From: Lytechinus pictus
Taxonomy: Eukaryota
Length of the DNA stretch: 64,000 nt
Direction: 5' to 3'
Assembly: GCF_037042905.1 (NCBI RefSeq)
Contig: NC_087246.1
Span: 47,988,001 to 48,052,000, forward strand
Below are positions 37,290 to 50,900 of the stretch, piece after piece. The translations under genes were made by a program, and so were the position numbers. Each line of letters opens with the position of its first letter. Within the stretch, counting starts at the first letter, position 1. The notes under the pieces are model-generated. The model was not told where the DNA came from. It searched no databases and was given only the letters and a program-made list of their open reading frames with translations.

Positions 37290-39835
37290 AGGTGGTTGAA
37301 TCCTGCAACCGATTTGGTACCGATCAGTTTCTATTTTCTATCCATCGACCAACTGATATCACTAAAGCAAAGGAAAGTGAAGAAGTTATGGATTATATAT
37401 CAGATCATGCCATAGAGTAACGAAACTTTGAAAGCAAATGACGTCATGTCCGCTAGTATATCTATATGAAAAAACGTAAAGGTAAAGAAATAAATCTTAG
37501 TTTATGCAACGTTCTACCAAACAGTCCGGACAATCGAGGCATGGATAGATAAGGAAATTACACCTACATAGCTGGTAGTCGAATGACGTTAATAGTCGGA
37601 AATCTATCAAGAAATGGAAATTAAAATCAATCAAAATTGGAAAAGTGACGCGGGAAAAGTAGCAAGAAAATCACCGATTTCTCAGATGAAACAAATAGCA
37701 GTAGCCACGAAAGAGCGCAAATAGATATCCCGATCGAAATTTTAAAATGAACAAAAGTGCAAGAACTAGAGGAATACGTGTAATATAAAATCGTTGGTCA
37801 TTAATTTTAGTCATGTATCCTTCTTTCCTCCCCCCCCCCCCCCGAAAAAAATTACACCCCTCCCCCTATTTGCCTTCAAATGTTTAAAAAAATCCCAAAT
37901 TGCCGCCACGGGTGGTATGAACCTTTCCTCCTTTACCATTTACCCTTTTTTTGGGGGGGTTCTCATTTAAATACCTTCTCTTAAATGTAATATTAATGTC
38001 TTTTCTTGTACATTGATTTGTATTACTTTGTGTTTCTTAATTGTATAAACGTGTAAAGTGATTTTTATAATATACTGTATATATACAGTGCGCATCAAAA
38101 AAAAAGTTTACACTTTGAAAAAGCCCTGGGAATTAAAAAATATACAACATGAGGGTAATTTTTTCACATATATAATCTTGGGTTTGGGTCTCATCTATCT
38201 AATGAAAGTAAAAGTTTTGACAGAATGTTACACTTGAGTGAGCACTGTCCATTTTTGTAAAGCTCGCAGAAATCTGTTTGCGCAGAAATGCTTGTTTTCA
38301 CGCTGTGTAAAGGAAAAAGGGCGAAATCAAACTTACCCTGCGAAACATTTCTCATCCATTTCCCTGCACTTTTAGTTAATTGAAACAAAACGGATACATT
38401 CAAGCATTTTGTAACAATTTTGCCCCCCAAAATTGAAATTTCAACACTTAGTAAGCACAACCTTTACTTTTTTTGTGCCAGCTGGATCTGAGGACCTAAC
38501 TGAATCTGAACAAAAGTTAATATCAGACATCTCCAGCATTTTTTCACTAAGTTTGTTTCATTTAAAGTGGGTTTACATTTCATTTTTCATTTAAAACTTG
38601 TTTCTCCACACTTTTCCCAAGCTTGACAATGATTAACAAAATGAAAATGAAGCCTAAGCCATTTCATGTAAATCACAGCTCAGTGTAAAGCAAATATCGT
38701 CACGATGGCCTCGGTGTGTGGGGGAGTGGGGTGGTGCGCAATGCACTGTTCGAAGTGTTTTGGGCAAGGAAACATTAAAACAGGTACAAGATATCATCAA
38801 ATCAATGTTACTAGTTAAATTCCACGTGTTCGTCATGATTAAGTTCTACTTTTATTCGCATAACTATTTCAAAGTCCTGCGCAAATCATTTTTCACTAAC
38901 TTTTCAAAAGTAAGTGGTGCTCACTCAAGCGGAAATATTTTTTGACAGTTATATCGTCATTTGCTTAAATGGATCTGTACCAATGTTAATATGTGGAAAA
39001 ATCTTCAGGATATTACAAATATATAATTTTACAGGATTTTTTCTAAGTGTAAACTTTTTTTTGATACGCACTGTATATATACATTGGCTGAAGTAAACTT
39101 ATACCGTGTTGAAATAAGATACAATATATGAAATGAAAATCTTGTGGATAAGGGACACGCGCATTACGTAATAATCTTCATGATTGACTTGACTTGACCT
39201 GTTTCATCACAATCATGATCAAACGGATCGATAAACGAGCAGATGATAAATCGTCAACATTAATCTCCAACGATTGTTTTATATTTTTTATAACAAACAC
39301 GTATTCATCTATTTATTACATTTTTTTCATTTTACATTTCGATCGGGATATCTATTTCCGCTCGTGGCTATTGTTTTTTTTTTCCTTTGAAACATTAATC
39401 GGTTATTTTCTTTCTACTTTTCTCGCGTCATTTTTCAAATTTTTATTGATTTAATTTTCCACTATTTGCCGCCTCATTGCTTCAACTTAATAGATTTCCG
39501 ACTATTAACGTTTTTCGACTCCAATTATGAAGGTGTAATTTCCTTATTTAGCCATACCTCCATTGTCATTATTGCAATGTACAAACTTTATGTTTAGAAC
39601 GTTGCATAGACTAAGATTTATTTCTATATATACCTTTTCGGTTTTTTGTAGATAGCGGACATGACGTCCTTTGTTTACAAAGTTTCGTTAATATATGGTA
39701 TGATCTGATATAATCCATATTTCTTCATGTTCCTTTGATTTAGTGATATCAGTTTGTCGAAAGATAGAAAATATGAACTGCATGATCGGTAGTAAATCGG
39801 TTGCAAACAATCACCTTGATGATTAAAATACAACT
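37290..39835. mobile_element. Old element with long, diverged inverted arms (about 37290-37760 and 39330-39835)
   Basis: CAACTGATATCACTAAAGCAAAGGAA (37350) versus TTCCTTTGATTTAGTGATATCAGTT (39730); TTAATAGTCGGAAATCTAT (37589) versus ATAGATTTCCGACTATTAA (39490). Confidence 0.7.
38086..39073. mobile_element. Non-autonomous Tc1/mariner-like element
   Basis: TA|CAGTGCGCATCAAAAAAAAAGTTTACACTT ... AAGTGTAAACTTTTTTTGATACGCACTG|TA; a degraded fragment of the same family lies at about 58100-58280. Confidence 0.85.
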
Positions 39836-40099
39836 CAACCGCTGAGTGTAAATCAACGATGTCCGGGGTTCGATTCCCGGCACTGCCCTTGACCAATGCA
39901 TTCTTATGTACATTGCTCTTTTATCTTGCATCAAGACAAGCAAATGGTAATGCTTTAAATGATACCAATTACGTGTGCACGTGTTTTTTTTTTTAGTGTG
40001 TTTTGTTTTGTCATTTACTATCACTTTTACTTTGAGTAGAAATTAGTCGCTGGTATAGAATGTAAAACAAATGAGACACTGAAAAAGGGTATTTAATTA

Positions 40100-40757
40100 A
40101 AAGGACAAGTCCACCCCTACAAAAAGTTTATTTGAATAAAAAGAGAAAAAACCAACAAACTCAACACTGGAAATTTCATCTACGTGGATGTAAAATATGA
40201 AAGTTATGACACTTTAAAGTTTCGCTTAATTTCACAAAACAGTTATAATTATGCACATCCTTATTGGTATGCAAATGAGGAGACTGATGACGTCATCCAC
40301 TCACTATTTATTTTGTGATTTATTATATGAAATATGAAATATTCTAATTTTCTCCTCATTGTAAAGTGAAACGATTAATTCCTCCCTGAACATAGTGGAA
40401 TGAACATTGTTTAATGCTTCAGTCAAGTTGGCCCTTATTGTCAAATATGTAAAAAATGAAATATTATATTATTCAAACAATAAAAAACAAAAGAAATAGT
40501 GAGTGATGTAGATCATCGACTGACTCATTTACATATCACTGAGTTGTGCATATCACTGTTTTATGAAAAATAAGCGAAACTTCAAAATGGCATAGTTTAT
40601 TTTCTAGTTTCTAGATTTCTAGATTTTCTAGTTATTAGTATTAATAGTTTCATATACTTTCTTATTTTACATCCGATTGTGATGGATTTTCAGCGTTATG
40701 CTAGTTTGATTTTCCTCTATTTATTCAAATCAATTTTTCTGGGGTGGACTTGACCTT
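40100..40757. mobile_element. Non-autonomous Kolobok-like element
   Basis: AAAGGACAAGTCCACCCC ... GGGGTGGACTTGACCTTT in a TTAA-like context. Confidence 0.7.
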
Positions 40758-42239
40758 TATTAATGTGCTCTCGCAGTGAAAGCTGAGTTGATATTAGTTT
40801 TTGCTCGTGTACGTGGAACAACGTTTGAATCATGTTTCGTATGTTATGACCGTCTGGTTAATACCAGAGCTATGCCCGGAGGGAGCTATGCCGTGAAAAA
40901 CGCCCTAAAACGGATAATTTTTACGTACGAACAGTGTTGAAAGGGTTGAAAAGGAGGGTGGCAACGCTTTCAAAATTATTTACTGAAGGCGTTGTTGGAG
41001 CGGTCGTTTTGATTGGCTGCTTAAAACCTATCTATGAAAAGAAAAATTACGCTAAACAATGTGAAGTATATAAACGTTGTGTTATGTGTTACTTTAAGAT
41101 TGATCAGAGTGAATGTTGGTTTATGCTTCTTACATGCCTAAAAAGTGTGTATGAGATCCTGAAAATAATTTTATGGCATCAAAATTATCATTAGATTTAA
41201 AAAATACTTTAAAATCTGAAAAATATTAACCGTTCTTTATCAAGCTATGTGTAGACTTGGTTAAAACGCAGAGTATATAACACAACGAATGTTTTACTAT
41301 GGTGAGGGTTTTGGGCTGAAATTATTCTACAAGTAACTTTTATCTCTGGAAGAGAGGGCTGGGTAGCCCTTATATGCATTATCAACCTTCATTTTGTTTA
41401 CATTATGCCCGAAATTTCATGGAATGGAAGGGGAATCGTCCCCGCCGTGCAAAATTGCAAAAATGAACGGCAATGTACACCCCACACGGCGCGCTGCGAT
41501 GACTGCACGGTATAAAAATTACCGTTTTTGAACAGGTTTTTGGGGTGATGTCTCAAGTAAAATCGGCTCTAACATAAAAACGGGCAGCTAAATTTGGTAT
41601 CGACTTAAAGCTTAGACATCGGGCGAAATGATGATGATAGAATTTAAACGGAAATCCACGGAAATCAAAACGTTTCTCATGTAAATGCAAAAAAAATGGA
41701 TTATATCAGCCCATTTCGATTCCAAATGAGCTCCTTATTCATTTCTCCCCGTATTTATAGCCAAATTCTGGTACCGCTCTGACACCTCCATGCCAACGCT
41801 AAACTAAGGTTCATCACCGCAATGGATCGCTACTTTAACGCCCAGCACCGTTCCAGCAATCCCGTGTCCGCTCGGAAAACGCTTACAACCGCTCCATCAA
41901 AGCAGTGGTTGTCCAGCGTTCAAGATTTCTGCGTTGGCCTAGCGGACCCAAGCGTTCACGAACTTTCGTCTAGCGGTGCCAAACTTTGACTGGACGTTGT
42001 AAGAGCGGTAGTCAAAATTTTGAGCAGCTCAAAACTTTCGGAGCGGTAGGAGGGACCATCAGCGGTGGCCGAGCGTATTCGGCGTTGCCTTAAAGGAGGC
42101 CAACTTTGGTTAAACGTTGGTGAACGGTAGCGAGCGGTGATTATTTTTTCTCTCCGCTCCACGATCGACCGCTCCAACAACGCTCGGGCGGTGTGACCAG
42201 GCCTTTACATGATATGTGATAAAAGAATGATGTGATGTG

Positions 42240-42395
42240 GAGCGGGTTTCAATGTACACCATATATCTTTCCGAGTCGTGGGCAATTATTGGTCCTGATC
42301 AACAAACGCAGAGGGCAGTTCGTTGGTCCCAAACTCGACGTTTCGACAAGTGTGTTCTTATCATCCGTCTTCAGGAGAATGTGGGTGGCGAAATA
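42240..42395 (-). mobile_element. Probable Penelope-like element repeat remnant with a degenerate hammerhead motif
   Basis: Minus strand reads CTC-CTGAAGA-(23 nt incl. GATAAG/CTTGTC hairpin)-GAAA-CGTC-GAG at 42377-42334; outer limits are approximate. Confidence 0.45.
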
Positions 42396-45364
42396 AGGAA
42401 AACCAAATTCTTAATCGATTTTCGGCAATTAGAAAGCTCAAAAACTAATGATGTGCATGCAAATCACATGACCGAATCTGAATAACTATTTAAACATTAT
42501 TTTGGCATGATTATTTAAAGGAGGGGTCCTATACTATGTTAAAGATACATGTTTGTAGGCCTATATTCTGAAAGTTTCAACAAAAACAAGCATACTCTCT
42601 CGGTTTCATGCTACGTGTAGAATGTGTAATAAAAAGGTGAAAAGGGTCAGTTTGCAGTTTGTTTGTCATTTCAGCAGATGCATTTTGAGGAATTTTGACC
42701 AGCAAGTCCAAATTCCATCAAACTAGGGTCATTTCCTTGTCCAGCGTCCGGTCGAGTTCTCTGGGCTGCCGGTCTAAGTCGATTTGCAGTGTTATTTCCC
42801 AATTAAGGAATATCATTTCCAAAGAAGTGAGGGGAAGTGATACTTACGTTCAGTTGAATAGGGACAACATAATATCTAGGAATTATGCGTCGCATCTTAT
42901 ATGATTTGAAGTCGGAAGTAGAGCTAGGGGTGGTTACTAAAGACAATAAACATCAATGTTCACCATGTTGGTTCAAGGAAATACAAGAGGTAACTGAGTT
43001 AAGTGGCACTGATTGGATCGTACGCAGGGGCGTCGGCTTCGTAAGCATGGGCGTATTAGGGGTTGGTGGCCAGGGGGGGGGGGGCAAGAGCCAAAAATTT
43101 CCCGGTCATATCATGCCAGTGGAACAAAAAATTGAGGGGGCGACATGGTGTATCGGGCAAAATATAAAAATGCAAGCGAGCGAAGCGAGCGAGCAAAAAT
43201 TTTGTGACATTTTTATTACAAAAATCCAATTTTTTGATAGATTTTGACATAATCTTAAAAAAAGATATCATATTTTACCCTTTTCTCTTTTTTTGTACGT
43301 CACGGTGAATAGGATTTTTGTTATGATTGTGCGCATCAGGGCGAAGCTCTGTATGCTAGAGGGGGCCCAGTATGGCAAGAAGTAGCTTAATATAAGTACT
43401 GAGCGAGCGAAGCGAGCAAGATAAAAAAAAATCACCTTTTCATGAGAATCTAACATGAAAATAGATTTTGACGTGATATTCAGAAAAACAGAATACACTA
43501 TTCCTTTGCTTTTCTGTCTTTCCTCCTTTTTTTCGGTTTGGTATGTAGAACTTTTGGGGGCCATGGTCCAAACTCATCCATACAACAGTGCTATGTTGGT
43601 GGGGTCCGAGCCCCGGAACCTCTTGATATTAAAGCCATTTTAAACCTTACAGATGGCCACTAATTTTAATCAAATTGCTTGTATATTTATATAGCTTTCA
43701 CACAACACGTAAATTCAATGCAGTTGTGTACCGAATCATCCAAATATTTTGATGGGGCACACCATAGCAAATATGGGGAAATTTGTAAAAAGTCGTCAGG
43801 GAGCGAAGCGAGCCAAAAAGAAAAATTTCCTTTTGAAAATGAAATTCTAATTATGTGATAGATTTTTACATCATAGCAAATTTCATGTCATATATATTTT
43901 TTATTCATCTCATTTCGCTGCCTCCTTTATTTTCTTTTATTTTCTTGGGACCACCCCCGGCCGGTACGCCAGTGCTTAAACGCAAAGTTTAATGCAGGAC
44001 GGGTCCATACAGGGGCCGTTATAGAACCCTTTAAAGGTTACAGATGAAGAGCCCCCACTGCACGGGGTCTTGGACAGAGCCCCCGGTAGCTTTGGAGATT
44101 TAGCAAGTTTATGATGATATCGTCAATCCTCGGCAGCCCGGTAGTTGTTTTTTTTGTCCCTTTTCTTTATTTTCCAATTTAGATTTTGGCTCATTCCATT
44201 CTACCTCAATTTCCCGCTTTTGTTTGCCTTATTGTCATCTTTAATTTATTTCACTGTCTTACTAATCATGCTCATGTATTTGTATATCGGGGAGAATTGA
44301 TCTTTCTCATTTGTTCTTCTTTCCTTCTTTTCCCCGTTTTCTTTCCGTTTCCCTTTTTATGTTTTTTCTTAAGTTTTCTTTTCCCTTTCCTTTTCGCCCG
44401 TTCCTCTTTTTCCCCTTCCATTCCCTTTCTTGCCTTTTTTTTCTCCTTTTCTCTGTTTTTTTATTTTCCCGGTGAACTCCGCCAGGGGAGGCAGCTTGCC
44501 CCCCCCCCCCCCCTCCCCCCTGCCTGTTACGCCACTGTTCGTACGTGATCTATAACGCAACAATTTTCCTGGCATTATCAAGGTTATTCCGTCGGAAGGA
44601 CTTAATTCTCTTCCCTTCTCCTTGTCCTTCAACCCCCCCCCCCTTCTCTCTCCCCCTCCTGCCCCCTTTCCCTCTCTCTCACTCTCTTCCTCTTCCCCTC
44701 TCTCCCTCTTTCTCTCATATGTCACTTGACTTGAACTGTACATACCAGCTTCAAGAATGTACAAAGTTTTATACAAAAGTTCATTTTCATTATTTATTTC
44801 TATGATAATGAACGATCGTAATAATATCAAACAAAACTGACTGAATCTTAAAATAATTTGAACCCAAACATTAATTGTTAACAGCAGGCAATGGTAATAT
44901 ACAGGGAATAAATACCTACATATATAGGTTGGAAGATAGCATAAACGAAAAAAAGCTTGATCAATTATATAATTGGCATTTGGCAGGAAATAAATTAAAA
45001 TGATTTCGTCATGTTTTTACAACATCATGAACAAATGGTGCAAATTGGTGAGAATTTCCTATTTCCTTTTTTTCCAAAAAGGAATCATAAATTGTCCGTG
45101 TATTTTTCGTACCATTGCTAATAAAATGGTACAAGCAACTGAAAGGAAAAAGAAACTTTGAGATTTGCTTTTTAGATTATGGTATACTGATTTGGTAAGG
45201 AAGATATTCTTTGGGTTATATCTTCATGAGATATTATTCATTGTACAGGGTCAAGTGAATACTGTCCCAAAACAACTGCACAGATTCACTGTCAAATCTT
45301 GTGTAAATCTTTCGTCATGCATCAAATTAAAATTCTGGTGGCTGATGATGTAAGGATACATACT

Positions 45365-45459
45365 ACACTGTAAAAAATGAAGTGCTAATTTAGTACTTAT
45401 AGTGCTTGTATAGTGACTGCACTTTAAGTGCTAAATTAGCTCTTCATTTTTACAGTGTA
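45365..45459. mobile_element. Tiny palindromic MITE
   Basis: TACACTGTAAAAAATGAAGTGCTAATTTAG ... CTAAATTAGCTCTTCATTTTTACAGTGTA. Confidence 0.7.
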
Positions 45460-45654
45460 ACTGGTATTTCATATGTATTTGTTTACAAATATTCACATAC
45501 ATGCGCCTTTAAATGTCCTACAATAATATAAAGACATGGCAATAGAATATCTTGAATGTTAAAGGTAGACCTGCAGAGTTCTTTCTCTGTAACAAACAAT
45601 GTGCAGTGAACTAGGATTTTATTAAATAATTTCAACTCTAATTTTCCTTTCCTT

Positions 45655-45929
45655 GATAAATAATACAGGATTTGTATAGCGCACATATTCACCTTGCTAG
45701 GTGCTCAAGGCGCTCCTATATTACACCGGCTAAGCTAGTCTACCGATTCTGGTGCGCACAGCTTTTTGAGGAATTACTTCCTGCCGGTACCCATTTACCT
45801 CACCCGGGTCGAGGGCAGCACAGTGTGGATAAATTTCTTGCTGAAGGAAAATACGCCATGGCTAGGATTCGAACCCACGACCCTCTGTTTAAAAGGCGAG
45901 AGTCAGAACCACTAGACCACGACGCACCC
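45655..45929 (-). mobile_element. tRNA-derived SINE, near full length, possibly Nin/Deu-domain type
   Basis: A box GTGGTCTAGTGG, B box GGTTCGAATCC, core GTGCTGCCCTCGACCCGGGTGAGGTAAATGGGTACCGGC, LINE-like 3' end GCGCCTTGAGCA...GCGCTATACAAAT and an AT-rich tail. Confidence 0.85.
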
Positions 45930-46484
45930 GACAAAAATATAAATTACACACCCAGAAGTAATTTGATGTCTATACATGAATATAAATCTGAAGTTTATAT
46001 GTGCATTTACACAAACAAAAGTGATTGAACTAGTGGAAAAAATATTACACATCATTCGATCATCAGGGACAGTAGTAAGCATTATACAAAAAAGGTATCT
46101 CTGGAACAATTCTGACATGCCTGAGGCAGAGCTGAGGGCATTTGGACCGATTCAAAGGCAACAAGTCAGTAATTATTCTAATGGGGTGTTGCAAGAAATC
46201 TACTGGAAATCTACTTTTCGTCCGTAAATCAATCATGTCTTGCAATTAATCACAAATTCAAGATTGATTGCTTATCTGCTCTTTGAAACAAGGAGTGTAA
46301 TCTGATTTGCTAAAACTAAAATCAATCGTTCAGTTGTAAAATTGCAACAGAATATTTGCAATTGATTGCCAATATTTTCTTGCAACACCCCTTAAGACTC
46401 AAGCAAAATGATATGAACCATATGTTTTAAAAGATATTGATGTGGATCCTTGTTATTTGATAAACCATCCTCATCTTGAAACCA

Positions 46485-46615
46485 GGGGCCCGTAACACAA
46501 AGCTTAGCAATGATCGTAGAACATTTTTCTATGATTGATTGCATCGACTACAATGTACAATCAATCGTCAAAATCAAGCGTACAATTAATAGCTAACCTT
46601 TGAGTTACGGGACCC
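46485..46615. mobile_element. Short MITE, same family as 49135-49295
   Basis: GGGCCCGTAACACAAAG ... CTTTGAGTTACGGGACCC. Confidence 0.65.
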
Positions 46616-47224
46616 ATGACTGATCAATGAAACTAGTCATTAGTACCAGTCATTCGCGAGTTTCCCTGTTATGACTTACTGGTCATGTGATCAATTTCAG
46701 CCAATTATTTGATTGGAATCCTCATCATCATTCTATAATATCAAATACTAAATAAGCTGTGCTGGAATCAGAAATTGATAATACAGGGATTTGGTTTTCT
46801 TGAGACACGTTTTATGCATGACTTGCTAGTGGATATCGGTGTCGTAAAAATAAACCTAGTCCGGAAGGGCAAAGATTTCCTTACAACCCAAACAAAGAAT
46901 AGATCTACAGTCATGGGCAATTCAAAACTATCATTAAAAAAAAATAATACTTTCCAATAAAAATGTTTTTACGGAGGACTGCTCATTTATTGCTCTTGAC
47001 AAAGGACTAAATTTCATGAAATAAATATTTTCTACTGTATATCATACAATGTACAAGTATATACAACCAATTTATTCTAGAGTAGAAAGTAATCAAAGAA
47101 ATTACAGAAAAAATTGATGCTTCATGGAGCACAGACAGACGTGTGACCTGAAGCAACTACTACAGACTTCCTAGTTTAATATCAAGATTCACAAAATGTT
47201 TCAGTTTCCAAAACTTACGATTCT

Positions 47225-47560
47225 TATAACCTGAATTTAAGGTACCAACAATGGGACATAATTCAGTGGTGTACGCCACCAAAAGCACAGGGATTGGAGG
47301 GGGGGTAGTCTTGAAATAATGCCTCTTGAAATGCCTGGTGTTGAGGAAAAAAGAAAGTGTATATAGATCTCAAATTTCTCCTGCCATAGGAACTCGGCAG
47401 GACAGCTTTTGCTGGTAAACGCCAGCTGGTATATAGCCAATTACATAGTAAACAGTTTCCGTTAAGTTACTGACCTTATAGACGACAGATATTACTCTCG
47501 GGTCTTTTATCTAAGTGGAGACTATGGCAGAGCGGGGATTCGAACTCACAACCTTGCGAT
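47225..47560 (-). mobile_element. Probable SINE remnant
   Basis: Minus-strand B-box-like GAGTTCGAATCCCCG at about 47533-47547; limits are approximate. Confidence 0.45.
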
Positions 47561-47995
47561 TATATGTATGTATTAAGCCTAACATAATAGACGGGGCAAT
47601 TGTGAATGCATCAAAGCTTCAGCATAATAAAAAAAAGGGGTAAAAACCAAAAAAGAGTTCCTATTGAAATTTTCAAGATTGACATTACAACAATGATGTA
47701 TGAAGTATCTTCAATGGGAATACAATAAACCTGTACATAACACGGAAAGCGACAATTTCTCATTGTTCAAAATCTACTTTGAACTCTCTCTCAAATAGTC
47801 TCCAAATGAATGTTGCAGACCATGGAATGGAGTACTTTTGAGATTTGACCGATTAATAAACCATCCCTTGCCGAAGATATCATACATGTCTGTTGCATGA
47901 ATCTCAATGGTAGGTATTAAGTGAGATTAAGATGAAAAAGAAGAAATGTCAACTCTACCCCTGGGCAAAATTGCTCCTCATTCTTTGAAGTATAA

Positions 47996-50900
47996 TCAGC
48001 ATGCCTCCGATGGCTTCTGAGTCACAATCAATATGAAATCTTTGTCTGTAATAATGAGAGAGAGAGAGAAAAAAAAAGGAAAGCAATAAGTAATATGCTT
48101 TTGCTACAAAAAAAAAACATTACAAAATCAACCGATTCCGAATAGAAATGTACTTTGAGGGCAAGCATCATGAACAGAAATCAGAAATTTCATTCAATCA
48201 AATGTGTGGGATAGTTCACTTAAAAACATATATTCAGAGATTATACTCTACCGTAGTATGAAATAAATTTTATTAAGTGTATTTAGACCTGTGATCTCAT
48301 GAGCCCTAAATATTATTGCAACGGTCAATGCAGTCATCACTATTCTAATGGGATCTACATGCTGTTGCACGAAGTTCTGTTTATCAGTTTTTTAGATATT
48401 GCACTAACAAGACATTTTGAAGGATGTCTTATATGAAGACAGCGAACTTGCTCTTTACGTTTTTTAACTGCTGATATTACACTGGCATCTTGCCATCACT
48501 CATTGAGGTACATTTATGTACAACAACATGCAGAATTATGCAGCCCCAGTGGTATATTTCTGCAAATTTCTACAATTATGAAGTGAAACTATATGTATGT
48601 GTAAATCAACCAAATTACATGTTATATTCAAGACAATATAGTAATAGCCTTTGCTTTTAATCAACATTTTGATTCATGTTCATTCATGCATGAACAGATA
48701 TGATTGAGCAAACTAATATCAAATCCAAAACTTTTTGTTATCACTAGCACATAAACACGTTGTAAACATGAACATGGTTCACAATGTTTTTTGTCTGCGA
48801 TTGAATATACAATTTAGTTGGTTTGTTCCATTTTGTAAAACTAAAAATTATATGGCATAGGGGGAGGGGGTGATTAATTTTGCATGCAACTGTACATGCA
48901 GTTGTCCCCCAAAAATCTACAAATATACTTTTCTAGCTAGCACACGTTGACCTAACATTTTTCGTTAGACCATAACCCAAAATGTAATCAGATCAAAAGT
49001 GTCATTTATTGGACCTATATCTAGCTTTAAATTACATGAAAATCATCTCTCCATTTCTTGAAATGCATGTATCACATTCAGTTTGGTACACATAGATGGA
49101 CAACACACACTATTCGCTTCATGAAGCATCCCCTGGGTCCTGTAACACAAAGGTTTTTAGCGATTGATCGCTAATTTCAACGAACAATTCTGATTGGTTC
49201 ATTGTCAGTCTACTAAGCTAAATGCGCATGCAACGAGGATCTTGATTGGTCTTTTCATTTAGCGATTAATCGCTAACCTTTGTGTTACGGCGCCTTGGTA
49301 TGCCAACAACACAAACTAAATCAATCAGTTACAAACCTGGTGCAACCATTATCTCGTGAGCTTTGGTACGGACTCTGACGAATGACAAATCATTTGTAGG
49401 GTCAGTATCTTGGACACATCTCCTGGCCTTGTTGATTAAATCAACATATCGGGCTGCATAGTGTGTCGCCTTTTCGTTGTTAAATGTCGTTCTGATAGGA
49501 ATTCCTAGAAATGACAAGCAAGACGGCATATCAATGAAAATTTTATATTTAGAATATTTAAAAATGTAACCTATGTTATGAGATACATACATGTATGTGA
49601 AAGGAGAAATACAGGATGTGAGGAACAGAATGCTGAAAGGTTGATAAATTTTGAAAAATAAAGTTATGAATGTTTGAAACACAAGATCACCAATATTATG
49701 TAAATTAAAAAATGGCAACTTCATGACTAGATAACAAGTGGCAGTGTCATGTAGGCCTAGTTAATAATCAGGAATTGTGGTTTTCTCTAACACAAGATCA
49801 CAAATTATTATATTCCATCAAACTCATCATTAATTTTAGTATGTTGGAATTTTGTGGAAATTTAAAAAATTCTGATTGAAAACTTATCACATCACATTCT
49901 GCCAAATTTCAAAGCACAATAAGGCTCTGATATATGTTTTGTCATGTGTTAAATATTCATGTTGTGATAAAATGAAATAGCAGTAAGAAATATTCAAAAT
50001 TATTTATTTTAAACACAAGTCACTTTTCAGTTTTCCAATAAAAATGGCAGCATCACCCATCACCATCAGAGGATATAATGCAACTGTGTATTATTTTGTA
50101 CTTCTTTAAAAGTAGAAAGCTTTAAGAATTAATTTGCTGTTTGTGGTGACTCTATTGGTCAAATCAGGGTTTGAATTAATCCATGGCCACAGAGGCCATG
50201 GCCAATTGTCTTTTCAATTGGTCTCATTTTCCTTAAATATTTGTGCCTTTTCAAACATTTCCTATGATCCAATATGTGTAAATTTTAGAATAGGCATGTG
50301 CCTTATAGAAGTTGCAAATTTTACATGCCCTTAATTAAAATACCAAAAAAAATAATAAATTGCCTGAATAATCGGAAGTCCTTGAACAGGACAAAACCAT
50401 ATGAATGTTGCTATATTTCAAAATTGAACTAGCAAGAGCATATTCTGAGAATAAAAAAAGGTGAATTGATTCATGACAATATTGACACTTTAACAATCTA
50501 CAAGAGTAAAAAAAACCCGGGGGGGGGGCCACTTCCATTGACGAGTGGATACCATGCGCGACCAAAAAAACACGTAAAAAGGATGTCATTTTCAAGATGG
50601 GGCACGTTACGTACGTAACGTGATAAGGGTGTCAAAAATACTAAAATAATGAAAAAATTGTATCTATTTCGCTAGGAAAGCTACTTGTTTAGGGTCAAAT
50701 TTGCGGGCATAATGAAACAAAATTAAAATGTTTCATAAAGGATATCCTTTTTGCCCCAACACTACGTGTTTAGAGTCCAATTTGCGCGAGGTGTGGAAGG
50801 TGGGGCCGTACTAAACCAAATGGTGGGTAATGGTAAAGCCGACGACAGACGGACCCGTGACATAACAATAAAATATTGCTGTACTTGTTTAGGGGTTCAT

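Noticed and set aside
39855-39890. tRNA-like B box GGTTCGATTCCC
   Set aside because: No convincing A box or cloverleaf; probably a SINE remnant.
44186-44830. Overlapping ORFs of 86-153 aa
   Set aside because: Low-complexity pyrimidine/purine tracts with no domain signal.
45850-45929. tRNA gene
   Set aside because: The A and B boxes are followed by a SINE body and tail, and a second copy lies at 13365.
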